Of a DNA stretch of 64,000 nucleotides, positions 29,952-42,395 are shown in pieces. The DNA comes from Candidatus Eiseniibacteriota bacterium (GTDB lineage: Bacteria; Eisenbacteria; RBG-16-71-46; SZUA-252), in assembly GCA_963703225.1 (NCBI GenBank), contig OY969801.1, forward strand, positions 1,696,001-1,760,000. The letters run 5' to 3'. The notes beneath the pieces were generated by a model. The model had not been told where the DNA came from. It did not search any database and saw only the letters and a list, made by a program, of their open reading frames with translations. The first letter of the stretch is position 1, and the number at the start of each line of letters is the position of its first letter. Both the position numbers and the translations under genes were made by a program.

Positions 29952-30563
29952 TCAGGCCGGGCCGGCCGGGCCGGTTCGGCGCAAGCTCTCGATCTCGTCC
30001 CAGACCAGGTCCGCGCGCCGCTCGAGATCCGCCCGATCTCCCTCGTTCTCAAGGCGCCAGTGCCGGCGCGCGCCGCGGATCGGTGGCAGCTTCTGCCCGC
30101 GGACCCGCTCGCGGGCCTCCTGGTCGGTGAACCCCCGGGCCACCCGGAGCCGTCTCACGCGCGCGTCCTCGGACGCGACCACCTCCACCACGCCGTCGAG
30201 CACGGGCTCCAGCGCCCAGGACGTGAGCATGGCCGCGTCCAGCACGCGCACACCTTCGCCGCGGGAATCGAGGACTTCACGCACGCGCCGAAGCAATTGT
30301 GGCTGAACGATCCCGTTGAGCCGATCCAGCGCGCCGGGATCGCGGAAGACGATCCGGCCGAGCCTGGCCCGGTCGATCTGCCCCTCTCGGTCGAGCACGG
30401 TCGGATCGAACGCCGCGGCGATCGCCTCGCGGACGGCCGGCGTGCGGAGCACCTCCCAGCCGAGCGCGTCCCCGTCCACGAGCTCGGCGCCACGCTCCTG
30501 AAAGCGGCGGGCCACCGTGGACTTCCCGGAACCCATGAGCCCGGTCACGCCGATCCGGACCAT
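29952..30563 (-). CDS. coaE: Dephospho-CoA kinase
   Basis: IGVTGLMGSGKST, IDRA.LG.IVF, LN.IV.P. Confidence 0.9.
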   Translation of the reverse strand: MVRIGVTGLMGSGKSTVARRFQERGAELVDGDALGWEVLRTPAVREAIAAAFDPTVLDREGQIDRARLGRIVFRDPGALDRLNGIVQPQLLRRVREVLDSRGEGVRVLDAAMLTSWALEPVLDGVVEVVASEDARVRRLRVARGFTDQEARERVRGQKLPPIRGARRHWRLENEGDRADLERRADLVWDEIESLRRTGPAGPA

Positions 30564-30609
30564 CACTGGAACCTATCGGTCGCGACGGCGAAGGGCAAGC
30601 CGAATCCCC

Positions 30610-33381
30610 TCATGCGTGCGCGTCGGCCCAGGTGCGACCGCGTCCCATGTGCACGACGAGCGGCACGCGAAGCGGAATCGCGTGTTCCATCACCTCGCGA
30701 ACGATCGGTGCGATCGTGTCGACCTCGTCCTCGTCCGATTCGAACAAAAGCTCATCGTGGACCTGGAGAATCATGCGACTCTTGCAGCCCATCTCGGTCA
30801 GCAGCGAGTCGATTTTGACCATCGCCACCTTGACCAGATCGGCCGCCGAGCCCTGGATGGGCGTATTGACGGCGACGCGCTCCGCTTCCGCGCGCCGCGC
30901 CCCTTCGGCACGAAGCCCCGACAGGGGGCGCCGGCGCTTCAAGATTGTCTCCACGTACCCGGTCTTCCGCGCCGTTTCGAGCACTTGGTCGAGGTACGCG
31001 GCGACCCCGGAGAGCGTCCGCTTGTACTCCTCGATGAAGGCGACGGCCAGCGCGCGTGACAGGTTCAGCTCCCGCGCGAGCCGCGCCGGTCCCATTCCGT
31101 AAAGAATTCCAAAATTCACGATCTTGGCCTGGGCTCGCTGCGCGGGCGTCACCGCCTCCGGCGGCACGCCGAACAGTCGGGACGCCGTCGTCGCGTGCAC
31201 GTCCCCGCCCGTTCGAAACGCTTCCGTGAGCACCGGGTCGTGCGAGAGATGGGCGAGGAGGCGAAGCTCCACCTGCGAGTAGTCGAACGAGACGAGCAGG
31301 CCGCGCGCCCCCTCGGCGACGAACGCGCGTCGGATGGCGCGCCCCTCCTCGGTCCGGATCGGAATGTTTTGAAGGCTGGGATCGCTCGCGCTCAACCGGC
31401 CGGTGGAAGCGATCGTCTGGTGAAACGTGGCGTGGACCCGGCCGGTATCGGGATGCACCAGCCGCGGCAGCGAATCGACGTAGGTCCCCTTGAGCTTCTG
31501 CGCCTGGCGGTACGCGAGCAGGAGCTTGGGAAGGGGATGCACCGGAGCCAGGTTCTCGAGAACCTCGACGTCCGTCGAGTAGCCGTCCCGGGTCCGCTTA
31601 CCCTTGGGCAACTTGAGCCGCTCAAAGAGGACCTCGGCCACCTGGCGTGTCGAATTCACGTTGAATGGCACGCCCGCGACTTCCTGGATCTCCTCCTCCA
31701 GGCCGGCGAGCTCCTGACCCAGCTCGGACGACATCATCTTCAGGGCCGCGGTGTCGACTTTGATTCCGGCGCGCTCCATGCGGGTCAGCACGCCCACGAG
31801 CGGCATCTCCACCTCGTGGAAGAGCCCGTGGACCCCGATCGCCTCCATCTCGCGGGAGAGGATCGGCACCAGACGGAGGACCGCGTCGGCGTCCTCGCAA
31901 CAATATTCCGCGACCTGGTCCACCGGGAGAGCGGCCATCGTCCTCTGGTCCCGCCCCGACCCGAGTAGCTCCTCGGTCGGGATCTTCTGGAGGCCAAGGC
32001 GCGAAGCGGCGAGCGCGTCGAGATTCTTGGGCTGATCCGGATCGACCAGGTAGGCGGCGACCATGGTGTCGAACGCGACGTCCCGAACCGGAATGCCAAA
32101 CCGGTGGAGGGCGTGCCAATCGTACTTGGCGTTCTGGCCGGCCCGCTGCGCCCGCGGAGCCGCAAAGAAGGGGCGGAGCGCGTCCCTCACGCGATCGGCG
32201 TCGAGATTCGGGCCCGCCTCGTGCCCCACCGGGAGGTAGAACGCCCGCCCCGGCGAGAGCGCGACCGAGATCCCAACAAGGTCGGCGCGGAGGGGGTTCA
32301 ATCCGGTCGTCTCGGTGTCGAAGGAGACGGGCTCGCGCGCGTCCGCCAGCTCCCGGGCCAGGGCTTCCAGAGACGTTCCGGTCGATATGACGCCGTATTC
32401 CCCGTACGGCGGCCGAGACTCCCTCGGCGGGCTCTTGACCGTGACGATCGACTCCGGGAAGAGGTCCGTCGCCATGGCCACCTCGATCTGCGGCGCGTAG
32501 CGGCGCTTGAGCGTCTGGAATTCAAGCTCGTCCATCAGCCGGTGAAGCTCCCCCACCCGGATCGGCTCGCGCTCGAGCTCCCACCAGTGGCGGTCCAGCG
32601 GGAGATCCGCCCGGATGGTGACCAACCTCCGGCTCAGCTCCGCGCGGTCGTGATGGGACCGAAGCTTCTCGCGCAAGGCCGGGCGATCCACGGAATCGAG
32701 CGACCGGTAGAGCTCATCGACGGAATGGAAGCGCTGGATGAGCTGCGCCGCGGTCTTCTCTCCGACGCCGGGGACCCCGGGGATGTTGTCGGATGCGTCT
32801 CCCATGAGCGCGAGCAGGTCGACCATCTCCCCCGGCTCGACGCCAAAGCGCTCTTTGACCGCGACCGGATCGATGGTACTGAGCTCGCCGCCTCGATTCT
32901 GAGGCGCCAACACCTGAATGTTCTGGGAAATAAGCTGAAAGAAATCTTTGTCCCCGGTCAGGATGAATGCAGTCGCCCCGTCGCGCTCGGCCTCCTTGGC
33001 CAGGCTTCCGATCAGATCGTCCGCCTCCACCCCCTCCTGTTCGAGAATCGGGATCCCGAGCAGCCGGATCACCTCGCGGGCGCGCGGAATTTGCGCGACG
33101 AGATCCTTGGGAATCGGGGGGCGGTGTCCTTTGTAATCGGCATAGACCTTGTGGCGAAACGTCGGGGCCGCCGTGTCAAAAACGACCGCGACGCGGTCGG
33201 GGCGCTTTGACTCCAAGAGTGGAAGGAGCGTCTGGAGCACCCCGTAGGCGACGCTGGTCGGCTCCCCTTTCGCGTTTCGAAGCGGATTTCGGATGAACGC
33301 GTAGAAGGAGCGATAGAGGAGGGCCGATCCGTCGATCAGGAGAAGGCGCTTACCCGCGCGATCGTGTTCCGTAGAGCCCAT
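30610..33381 (-). CDS. polA: DNA polymerase I
   Basis: LIDGSAL.YRSFYA, EADD, GD.SDNIPGV.GVGEKTA, exonuclease DTETT, DYSQVELR, QVHDEL. Confidence 0.96.
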   Translation of the reverse strand: MGSTEHDRAGKRLLLIDGSALLYRSFYAFIRNPLRNAKGEPTSVAYGVLQTLLPLLESKRPDRVAVVFDTAAPTFRHKVYADYKGHRPPIPKDLVAQIPRAREVIRLLGIPILEQEGVEADDLIGSLAKEAERDGATAFILTGDKDFFQLISQNIQVLAPQNRGGELSTIDPVAVKERFGVEPGEMVDLLALMGDASDNIPGVPGVGEKTAAQLIQRFHSVDELYRSLDSVDRPALREKLRSHHDRAELSRRLVTIRADLPLDRHWWELEREPIRVGELHRLMDELEFQTLKRRYAPQIEVAMATDLFPESIVTVKSPPRESRPPYGEYGVISTGTSLEALARELADAREPVSFDTETTGLNPLRADLVGISVALSPGRAFYLPVGHEAGPNLDADRVRDALRPFFAAPRAQRAGQNAKYDWHALHRFGIPVRDVAFDTMVAAYLVDPDQPKNLDALAASRLGLQKIPTEELLGSGRDQRTMAALPVDQVAEYCCEDADAVLRLVPILSREMEAIGVHGLFHEVEMPLVGVLTRMERAGIKVDTAALKMMSSELGQELAGLEEEIQEVAGVPFNVNSTRQVAEVLFERLKLPKGKRTRDGYSTDVEVLENLAPVHPLPKLLLAYRQAQKLKGTYVDSLPRLVHPDTGRVHATFHQTIASTGRLSASDPSLQNIPIRTEEGRAIRRAFVAEGARGLLVSFDYSQVELRLLAHLSHDPVLTEAFRTGGDVHATTASRLFGVPPEAVTPAQRAQAKIVNFGILYGMGPARLARELNLSRALAVAFIEEYKRTLSGVAAYLDQVLETARKTGYVETILKRRRPLSGLRAEGARRAEAERVAVNTPIQGSAADLVKVAMVKIDSLLTEMGCKSRMILQVHDELLFESDEDEVDTIAPIVREVMEHAIPLRVPLVVHMGRGRTWADAHA

Positions 33382-33955
33382 GGCGCGTGACGTAGGCGAG
33401 GACCTTGTCGGGTACCCAGTACCGAACGGAGAGCCCGCGGCGAAGCCGGCGGCGGATTTCGGTCGCGGAAATTCCGATACGAGGTGGGCGAAGAAAAAGC
33501 ACCCGACGCCGAAGCGAGGGGGCAAGCGAGGAGAGCTCGCGGTCGCCTCTCGGGAACACGACCAGGCGCGCCAGGTGGGTGATCCGCTCGGGGTCGCGCC
33601 ACGAATGGAATTCTTCCAGGCTGTCCTGCCCCATGATGAAGTAGAGATCCCCCGCTCCCCGACGCGAGAGCGCCTCCAGCGTATTCGCGGTGAAGGAGAT
33701 TCCGCCGCCATCGGCCTCGGCGCGGGAGACCTGAAATCGCTCGTTCCCTAAGGTGGCGAGCCGGAGCATCGCCAGCCGATGCTCGATGGGCGTGATGCCG
33801 CGCGATCGCTTGTGCGCCGGACGAGACGCCGGCACGAAGAGGACCCGATGGAGCCGCAGTCGGACCGCCGCCTCCTCCGCCATGATGAGGTGCCCCACAT
33901 GGACCGGATCGAAGGTCCCTCCGAAAATTCCCGTGCGGACGGAGGTGCGGCTCAC
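33350..33955 (-). CDS. nadD: Nicotinate-nucleotide adenylyltransferase
   Basis: GGTFDPVHVGH, FIMGQDS, ISATEIR. Confidence 0.94.
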   Translation of the reverse strand: MSRTSVRTGIFGGTFDPVHVGHLIMAEEAAVRLRLHRVLFVPASRPAHKRSRGITPIEHRLAMLRLATLGNERFQVSRAEADGGGISFTANTLEALSRRGAGDLYFIMGQDSLEEFHSWRDPERITHLARLVVFPRGDRELSSLAPSLRRRVLFLRPPRIGISATEIRRRLRRGLSVRYWVPDKVLAYVTRHGLYGTRSRG

Positions 33956-34728
33956 GACTTGCCGCGTCCCTCGATCTCGCGCAGGCGTTCCTGGGCGCGC
34001 CGCTTGGCCTCGGGCGTCGCCTGGCTCTGCCCCACGGCCCGCAGCGCGGCCTCCGCTTCATCCTGTTTCCCCTGGCGGATCAGGACATCGGCCAGGAGAA
34101 GGCCGGCCTCGCCCGCCCAGGGAGAGTTTGGATACTCCGAGATGACGCCCCGCAGATAGTGGGCCGCCGCGTCGTAGTGCTTCAACCGGTAGTAGAGGCG
34201 GCCGTTCCGCCACCGCTTTTCCGCGAGCCGGTCGTTGAGGGCGTCCATGCGCTTCTTCGCCTCGGCGGCGCGCGGGTGCTCCGGGTAGAGATCGAGGAAA
34301 TCCTTGTAGCGAGAAATCGCCCGCGTGGTCTCGGTCTGGTCCAGGGGCGCCGAGTGAGACTGCAAATCGTCGCACCGGGCCAGTTGGAACATCGCGTCGG
34401 GCTGAAGGGGCGAGGCCGGGAAGTCCCGGATCAGCCGGTCGTATTGCCCGGACGCCAGAGGGTAGTCTTTGAGCTGAAAATAGGACTCGCCAAGATAGTA
34501 GAGCGCGTCATCGGTATTCTCGGTGCCCGGAAATTGCTCCACGTAGGCCTTCAGGTCGGAGATGGCGTCGACAAAGTCGCCCCGGTCGAACGCTTCCTTC
34601 CCGCGCTCGAAGCTGGCGACACCGCCGACCGCTGCCTCGCGGAGCGTCCCGCCGCAACCGGCCAGAAGCACGAGACTCATCGCGACGGCCGCCCTCGCCA
34701 GAGTCCGGCGCGCGGCGCGCATGCTCAT
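33952..34728 (-). CDS. bamD: Outer membrane assembly lipoprotein BamD
   Basis: LAGC lipobox, TPRs, LDQTET..AI..Y..F...YP, RLAEK. Confidence 0.85.
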   Translation of the reverse strand: MSMRAARRTLARAAVAMSLVLLAGCGGTLREAAVGGVASFERGKEAFDRGDFVDAISDLKAYVEQFPGTENTDDALYYLGESYFQLKDYPLASGQYDRLIRDFPASPLQPDAMFQLARCDDLQSHSAPLDQTETTRAISRYKDFLDLYPEHPRAAEAKKRMDALNDRLAEKRWRNGRLYYRLKHYDAAAHYLRGVISEYPNSPWAGEAGLLLADVLIRQGKQDEAEAALRAVGQSQATPEAKRRAQERLREIEGRGKS

Positions 34729-35453
34729 CGTCGTCGCGGCTCCTCCGCGTCCCCGTCCTCGCGCTCGAGCATGGAGATATAGGACCGGGCCCGCACGTCG
34801 TCCCGGTTTTCCAGCAGGCAGCGCTCCCACTCCTCGCGAGCGCGGGCGCGGCGTCCCGACTTCCAGTAGACGACGCCGAGCGTCACGCGGGCGTCCAGAT
34901 AGCGCGAGTTCTGCGCCAGGGCCTCCGCCAACACGGTCTCCGCGTCCTGATAGAGACCCATGTCCGCGTAGACGGCTCCGAGCTTGTTCTTGATGTCCAA
35001 GAACCGCGGAGCGTGGCGGAGCGCCTTTCGATACTCCTGAGACGCGTCGACGAGAAGTCCGAGATTCCGGTAGGTGTCTCCCAGGAGCGTGTGTGACTCT
35101 GCGAGGTGCGACCGGACATCCGGCGAAAGGTTCTCGTGGTCCGGATCGCGGGGAATGTCCATCTGAAATTCCCGGAGCGCGTCCTCGTATCGGCCCAGGT
35201 CGTTCAAGATGATCGCGAGGTTGAGCCGCGCTTCCACGTACCGCGGGTTCAGGTGGAGGGCCTGCTGAAACTCGGTCACCGCCCCCTCCCGCTCTCCGCT
35301 CAGGCTCAGGGCGAGGCCCAGCTGATTGTGAAGATCCGGAAAATCGGGGTGGATCTTGATCGCCTCGCGAATCTCCTCGAGCGCTTCCGGGTAGAGCCCC
35401 CGCCCCAAGTAGTCGCGGGCCAGTACCTGATGCTGCTTGGCCGCCACGCTCAT
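34725..35453 (-). CDS. Tetratricopeptide repeat protein
   Basis: Tandem TPRs (PDFPDLHNQLG, NPRYVEARLNLA, YLDARVTLG). GGGAGG RBS. Confidence 0.85.
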   Translation of the reverse strand: MSVAAKQHQVLARDYLGRGLYPEALEEIREAIKIHPDFPDLHNQLGLALSLSGEREGAVTEFQQALHLNPRYVEARLNLAIILNDLGRYEDALREFQMDIPRDPDHENLSPDVRSHLAESHTLLGDTYRNLGLLVDASQEYRKALRHAPRFLDIKNKLGAVYADMGLYQDAETVLAEALAQNSRYLDARVTLGVVYWKSGRRARAREEWERCLLENRDDVRARSYISMLEREDGDAEEPRRR

Positions 35454-35488
35454 TGTGATCCTCCCTGGAACCACGCCATGCCTCCGCC

Positions 35489-36175
35489 TCAGTTACGGTT
35501 TGAATAGAAGAGCACTACGAGACCGGCCACCACCCCGACGACGATGAGCGGCTCGAGCCACCGCGTCCCGCCTCCGTGCGGTGGAGGCGGGTTGAGGCGA
35601 CCCGATCCGCTGGCGGCGTAAACAACGTCCCCCGAGGGAACGATGTCGGTGGCGCTCCGCGCCGAGGAACGGGTCCAGTAGACCTCGCGGCTCACGGGAT
35701 CGATCAAGGTCGCGTTGGCCCTCATCGCGGCGAGCCGCTCGTATCCCTTCGTTCCAAACGGAAACTTTCCAATCCGCCGCACGTAGCTGACCCCGGATCC
35801 GTCCACCTGCAGATTCAGCCTTAGGGGATGCCCCGCGCTCTCGCCGTTCGCGAAAAGGGTGGCGGTATCGGGATCCACCGCTTCCGCCCCGCCCCCGCCC
35901 GCCAGTCGGACCGGCACGTTCTGGGCCCTCAGACGGCTCACGAGGCGCTGCGTGAGAAGGCCGAGCGTGTCGCCAGGCGCGGGAGACTGGAGAACGATGG
36001 GGCGTCCCGCCGGAATCGGCGCGTCTCGCAAGAGGTCGGCCGCGACCACCGCGGCGACGGAATCGAGCGCCATGCTGTGGGTGGGCGGGAGCGCGTGATC
36101 CGCGCGCGCGCCGACCGTCACCGCGAGCAGCCATGTCGCGACCAAGGCCAAAGAGACTCCAAGCGGACCTCTCAC
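35489..36175 (-). CDS. Hypothetical exported protein with C-terminal membrane anchor
   Basis: N-terminal signal peptide and C-terminal PPPPHGGG..WLEPLIVVGVVAGLVVLFYSNRN. Start overlaps the rimO stop. Confidence 0.7.
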   Translation of the reverse strand: MRGPLGVSLALVATWLLAVTVGARADHALPPTHSMALDSVAAVVAADLLRDAPIPAGRPIVLQSPAPGDTLGLLTQRLVSRLRAQNVPVRLAGGGGAEAVDPDTATLFANGESAGHPLRLNLQVDGSGVSYVRRIGKFPFGTKGYERLAAMRANATLIDPVSREVYWTRSSARSATDIVPSGDVVYAASGSGRLNPPPPHGGGTRWLEPLIVVGVVAGLVVLFYSNRN

Positions 36176-37569
36176 CCCGTCACCTCCGCCTCGAGATCGT
36201 AGTGGCTCGCGCGCACGACGCGAGCCTGCACCCGCTCGCCCGCCCGGAGCGGATCCCGACCCGGGAGGGTGCGCATGTAGGTCACCCCGTCCACCTCAAA
36301 CCCCTGCTGCTCGACGCGCCCGACGAAGACGCCGGGGCGCGAAGCGGCAGGGCCGTCGATCCGCGCTTCCACGGTCCGCCCGACCCACGCGCCCCAGACG
36401 CGCGATGCCAGCTCTCTCTGCTCCGCCATGAGCCTCCGCCGGCGCTCCACCTTGACGCGCTCCGGAATCTGCTCCGCCATCCGTCCGGCCGGAGTGCCCT
36501 CCTCCTTCGAGTAGGCAAAACAGCCGACGTGGTCGAACTGGCCCCGACGCACCGTGGCGAGCAGCTGCTCAAAATCCGCTTCCGTCTCGCCGGGAAATCC
36601 GACGATGAAATGGGTCCGGATTGCCACGTCGGGAATCCGAGCACGTAGGGTGTCGATCAGACGTGCCTGGTCGTCCTGGCGCACCTCCCGCCTCATCCGC
36701 CGAAGCATCCGGTCGGTCACGTGCTGGAGCGGGATGTCGACGTACCGGCAGACTTTCCGTTCCTCTTCAAACACCCGGATCAACTCTTCGCTCCAGGTCT
36801 TGGGGTGGGTGTAATGGACCCGCAGCCATTCGATCCCGTCGATCGCGGCGAGCGCGCGGAGAAGCTCGGGCAGGCGCCCCTGGCCGTAGAGATCCTCTCC
36901 GTACGAGGTCGAATCCTGCGCGATGAGCAGAAGCTCCTTCGCTCCAGCCGTCGCCAGGCGTCGGGCCTCCTCCACGACCGATTCAAAGGGCCGGCTCCGA
37001 AGATCGCCTCTGAGGCGAGGAATGATGCAGAAGGTGCATCGGAAGTCGCAGCCGTCGGCGATTCGCAGATAGGCCAGATGACGCGGGGTGGAAACGGCCC
37101 GGTGCATGGCCAAGTCGACGGCCGTCCCGGGGGGCCCCACCTCGAGGATTCCGCTGCCTCCGCGGCCGACGCGGTGGGCGACGCGAGCGATGGCGTCCAC
37201 CTGCCCGGTGCCGACCACCGCGTCGATCTCGGGGATTTCGTGGAGAAGCTCGGCTTGATATCGCTGCGCGAGGCAGCCCGCGACGATCAGCGCCCGAATC
37301 TGCCCCTCGCGTTTGAGCGCCGCCAGCTCGAGGATTCGGTCGATCGATTCCTTCTGCGACGGCCCGATGAACGCGCAGGTATTCACCACCGCGACTTCCG
37401 CTTCCCGTACATCCGCGGTCATGGTGAATCCGCCCCGGGCGAGGAGTCCCGCCATGATCTCGGAATCGACGAGATTCTTGGCGCAGCCGAGGGTGACCAG
37501 AGCCACCTTCAGGTCGGGCGGCCCGCCGCCATTCTTCCGGGGTGGGGCGAGAGCGATCGGGTGAATCAC
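36172..37569 (-). CDS. rimO: Ribosomal protein S12 methylthiotransferase
   Basis: LGCAKNLVDSE, NTCAFI, GCLAQRY, CDFRCTFC, TRAM tail EVDG. Confidence 0.95.
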   Translation of the reverse strand: MIHPIALAPPRKNGGGPPDLKVALVTLGCAKNLVDSEIMAGLLARGGFTMTADVREAEVAVVNTCAFIGPSQKESIDRILELAALKREGQIRALIVAGCLAQRYQAELLHEIPEIDAVVGTGQVDAIARVAHRVGRGGSGILEVGPPGTAVDLAMHRAVSTPRHLAYLRIADGCDFRCTFCIIPRLRGDLRSRPFESVVEEARRLATAGAKELLLIAQDSTSYGEDLYGQGRLPELLRALAAIDGIEWLRVHYTHPKTWSEELIRVFEEERKVCRYVDIPLQHVTDRMLRRMRREVRQDDQARLIDTLRARIPDVAIRTHFIVGFPGETEADFEQLLATVRRGQFDHVGCFAYSKEEGTPAGRMAEQIPERVKVERRRRLMAEQRELASRVWGAWVGRTVEARIDGPAASRPGVFVGRVEQQGFEVDGVTYMRTLPGRDPLRAGERVQARVVRASHYDLEAEVTG

Positions 37570-39908
37570 GCTTCGGTCCCCACCTCGGGGACACGCGACC
37601 GGCGCTCCGCCAGATCGTGCTCGGTGACGAGCACATCTCTTCCCTTGGCTCCCTCGGGCGGGCCGACCACCCCTCGCTCCTCCAGCAGGTCGAGCAGCCG
37701 GGCGGCGCGGGAGTAGCCCACCTTGAGCCGCCGCTGGAGCATCGACGTCGACGCCTGCTGGTGAAGCACGACCAGCCGCATCGCCTCGTCGTAGAGGTCG
37801 TCGTCGGCGTCGGCGCTCGTCGTGGCCGCCTGCTCGAGCACCGCTTCATCCAAGGGCGCCGCGGCCCCCTGGGAGCGCAGAAAGGAAACCACCCGCTCGA
37901 TCTCCTCGCTGGACACGTACGAGCCATGGATCCGGTACGGCTCCGGCTTCCCCGCCGGGAGATAGAGGCTGTCGCCGTTCCCCAGGAGGCTCTCCGCGCC
38001 GTTCATGTCGAGGATCACGCGGGAATCGGTCCGGCTCGCCACCTGGAACGCGATTCGAGAGGGGAAATTTGCCTTGATGACGCCGGTCAGCACGTCGACC
38101 GAGGGGCGCTGCGTCGCGAGGATCAGGTGGATTCCCACGGCGCGGGCCATCTGGGCAAGGCGGCCGATCGGCTCCTCGATCTCCGCGGGGAGGAGCGCCA
38201 TGAGATCGGCCAGTTCATCGACGACCACGACCAGATACGGAAGCCTCGCGTCCTCCACGGCCGCCGGATCGAGGCCGAGCCGGTTGTAGGCGTCGATGTT
38301 CCGCGCGCCATGCCGCGCGAGCACCTGATAGCGTCGCTCCATCTCCTTGACGCAGTAACGCAGCGCCTGGGCCGCCTTCTTGGGGTCGGTCACGACAGGC
38401 ATCCGAAGATGCGGGATTCCGTTGTAGGGCGTCAGCTCGAGCATCTTCGGATCGATGAGGATGAAGCGAAGCTCGGCCGGCGTTCGCTTCACGAGCAGGC
38501 TCATGATCAGCGCGTTGATGCAGACGCTCTTTCCGGAGCCGGTGGCTCCGGCGATCAGGAGGTGCGGCATCCGCTCGAGCGACGCGGTGAACGGAACGCC
38601 CGCGACGTCCTTCCCGAGCGCGAACGGAAGCGCGTCCCGAGATTGCTGAAACGCGGCCGACGCGATGATCTCCCGGAAGGAGACGGTCGCCTTGACCCGA
38701 TTGGGAATCTCGATCCCCACCGCGGCCTTCCCGGGGATGGGCGCGACGATCCGGATCCGCTGCGCCCGGAGCGCGAGCGCCAGGTCGTCCTGACGATTCA
38801 TGATCTGGTTCACCTTCACTCCCGGGGCCGGCTCGTATTCAAAGAGCGTGATCACGGGCCCGGGATGGACCTCGGAGACTTTGCCGGCCACGCCGAAATC
38901 GGCGAGGGTCCGTTCCAGGACGCGGGAGAGCTCGAAGAGCTCCGCCTCCTCCACCGCCACCTGCTTCGCGTCGTGCCGGTCGAGGAGATCGAGCGGAGGA
39001 AGCTGGGCCTCCGGGACCGCCGCGGGGCCCAGCCCCAGCCCGCTCTCGGGAGGGGCCTCCACCATCCGCTTTCGCTCTTCGCGAGCCGCCGGGCGATCAT
39101 TCACCGGATCGGCACGCTGCGCCGACGGGGGAAATGGAATGGAGAGAGCTTCGGCGCGGGCCTCTCCTTCCTTCCGCGCGACGATCCGCGGGCGCGATTC
39201 GCGGCGGAGCGCCACCTCCTCGGCAGGCGTGAAGGCGCGCTGGAGAGCCTCCTCCTCCTCGGCCGGACCGATCCGACCGCGCCGCGCGCGGCCCAGGCCG
39301 GGTGCCGCCTCCGCCTCGGCCGCCTCGACGTCGGTCGGGGCCCGCCGCGCCTTGCCGCGACGCGGCGAGAAGCGGGCCAACAGCGAGCCAAGAAGCTTCC
39401 GCAGCGGGGACGCGGTTCCGATTTCGAACGCGATCACCGCGAGAATGACGAGCGCGGTGCCGAGGAGAAGCTCACCGCCTATGCGGCCGAGCAGGCGTGC
39501 CGCCACCCGACCGACCCACTCCCCGGTTCGGCCGACGAGCGCCCGATTCTCCCCCATGAGGAGGTAAACCAGCCCCATCGCTCCGAGCGCGGCCGCGGCC
39601 GCCAGCGCGGTGCGGATCCAAAGCTCGCTGGTTGGCGCGACGCGGAGCCGATTCCAACCCCACGCCAGAAGCGCGATCGGAATGAGCCAGGCTCCGATGG
39701 AGCCGAGCGCGATACCAAGTCCTGTGGCGACGAAGGCGCCGATCACCCCCGCCTGATTCCGCACGGCCCCCGTCCCCATGAGATCGGTGGCGGTGTCCCG
39801 CGGATCGCGGCTGAACAGGGCGAGGAGAAGGAAGAGGGCGAGGGAAAGAAAGCAAAGCCCGAGGATCTGGTACTTGCGCCGTACCGAAACCCGGCCCAGG
39901 AGCCACAT
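37566..39908 (-). CDS. ftsK: DNA translocase FtsK
   Basis: 4TM N-terminus, GPVITLFE, PHLLIAGATGSGKS, DELADL, ATQRPS, gamma domain LQRRLKVGYSRAA. Confidence 0.96.
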   Translation of the reverse strand: MWLLGRVSVRRKYQILGLCFLSLALFLLLALFSRDPRDTATDLMGTGAVRNQAGVIGAFVATGLGIALGSIGAWLIPIALLAWGWNRLRVAPTSELWIRTALAAAAALGAMGLVYLLMGENRALVGRTGEWVGRVAARLLGRIGGELLLGTALVILAVIAFEIGTASPLRKLLGSLLARFSPRRGKARRAPTDVEAAEAEAAPGLGRARRGRIGPAEEEEALQRAFTPAEEVALRRESRPRIVARKEGEARAEALSIPFPPSAQRADPVNDRPAAREERKRMVEAPPESGLGLGPAAVPEAQLPPLDLLDRHDAKQVAVEEAELFELSRVLERTLADFGVAGKVSEVHPGPVITLFEYEPAPGVKVNQIMNRQDDLALALRAQRIRIVAPIPGKAAVGIEIPNRVKATVSFREIIASAAFQQSRDALPFALGKDVAGVPFTASLERMPHLLIAGATGSGKSVCINALIMSLLVKRTPAELRFILIDPKMLELTPYNGIPHLRMPVVTDPKKAAQALRYCVKEMERRYQVLARHGARNIDAYNRLGLDPAAVEDARLPYLVVVVDELADLMALLPAEIEEPIGRLAQMARAVGIHLILATQRPSVDVLTGVIKANFPSRIAFQVASRTDSRVILDMNGAESLLGNGDSLYLPAGKPEPYRIHGSYVSSEEIERVVSFLRSQGAAAPLDEAVLEQAATTSADADDDLYDEAMRLVVLHQQASTSMLQRRLKVGYSRAARLLDLLEERGVVGPPEGAKGRDVLVTEHDLAERRSRVPEVGTEA

Positions 39909-39922
39909 GGGTTGCTCCCTGC

Positions 39923-42391
<2,469 letters not shown>

Positions 42392-42395
<4 letters not shown>

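Noticed and set aside
29954..29975. GGCCG(G) short tandem repeat at the coaE end
   Set aside because: Low-complexity GC-rich coding tail, expected by chance.
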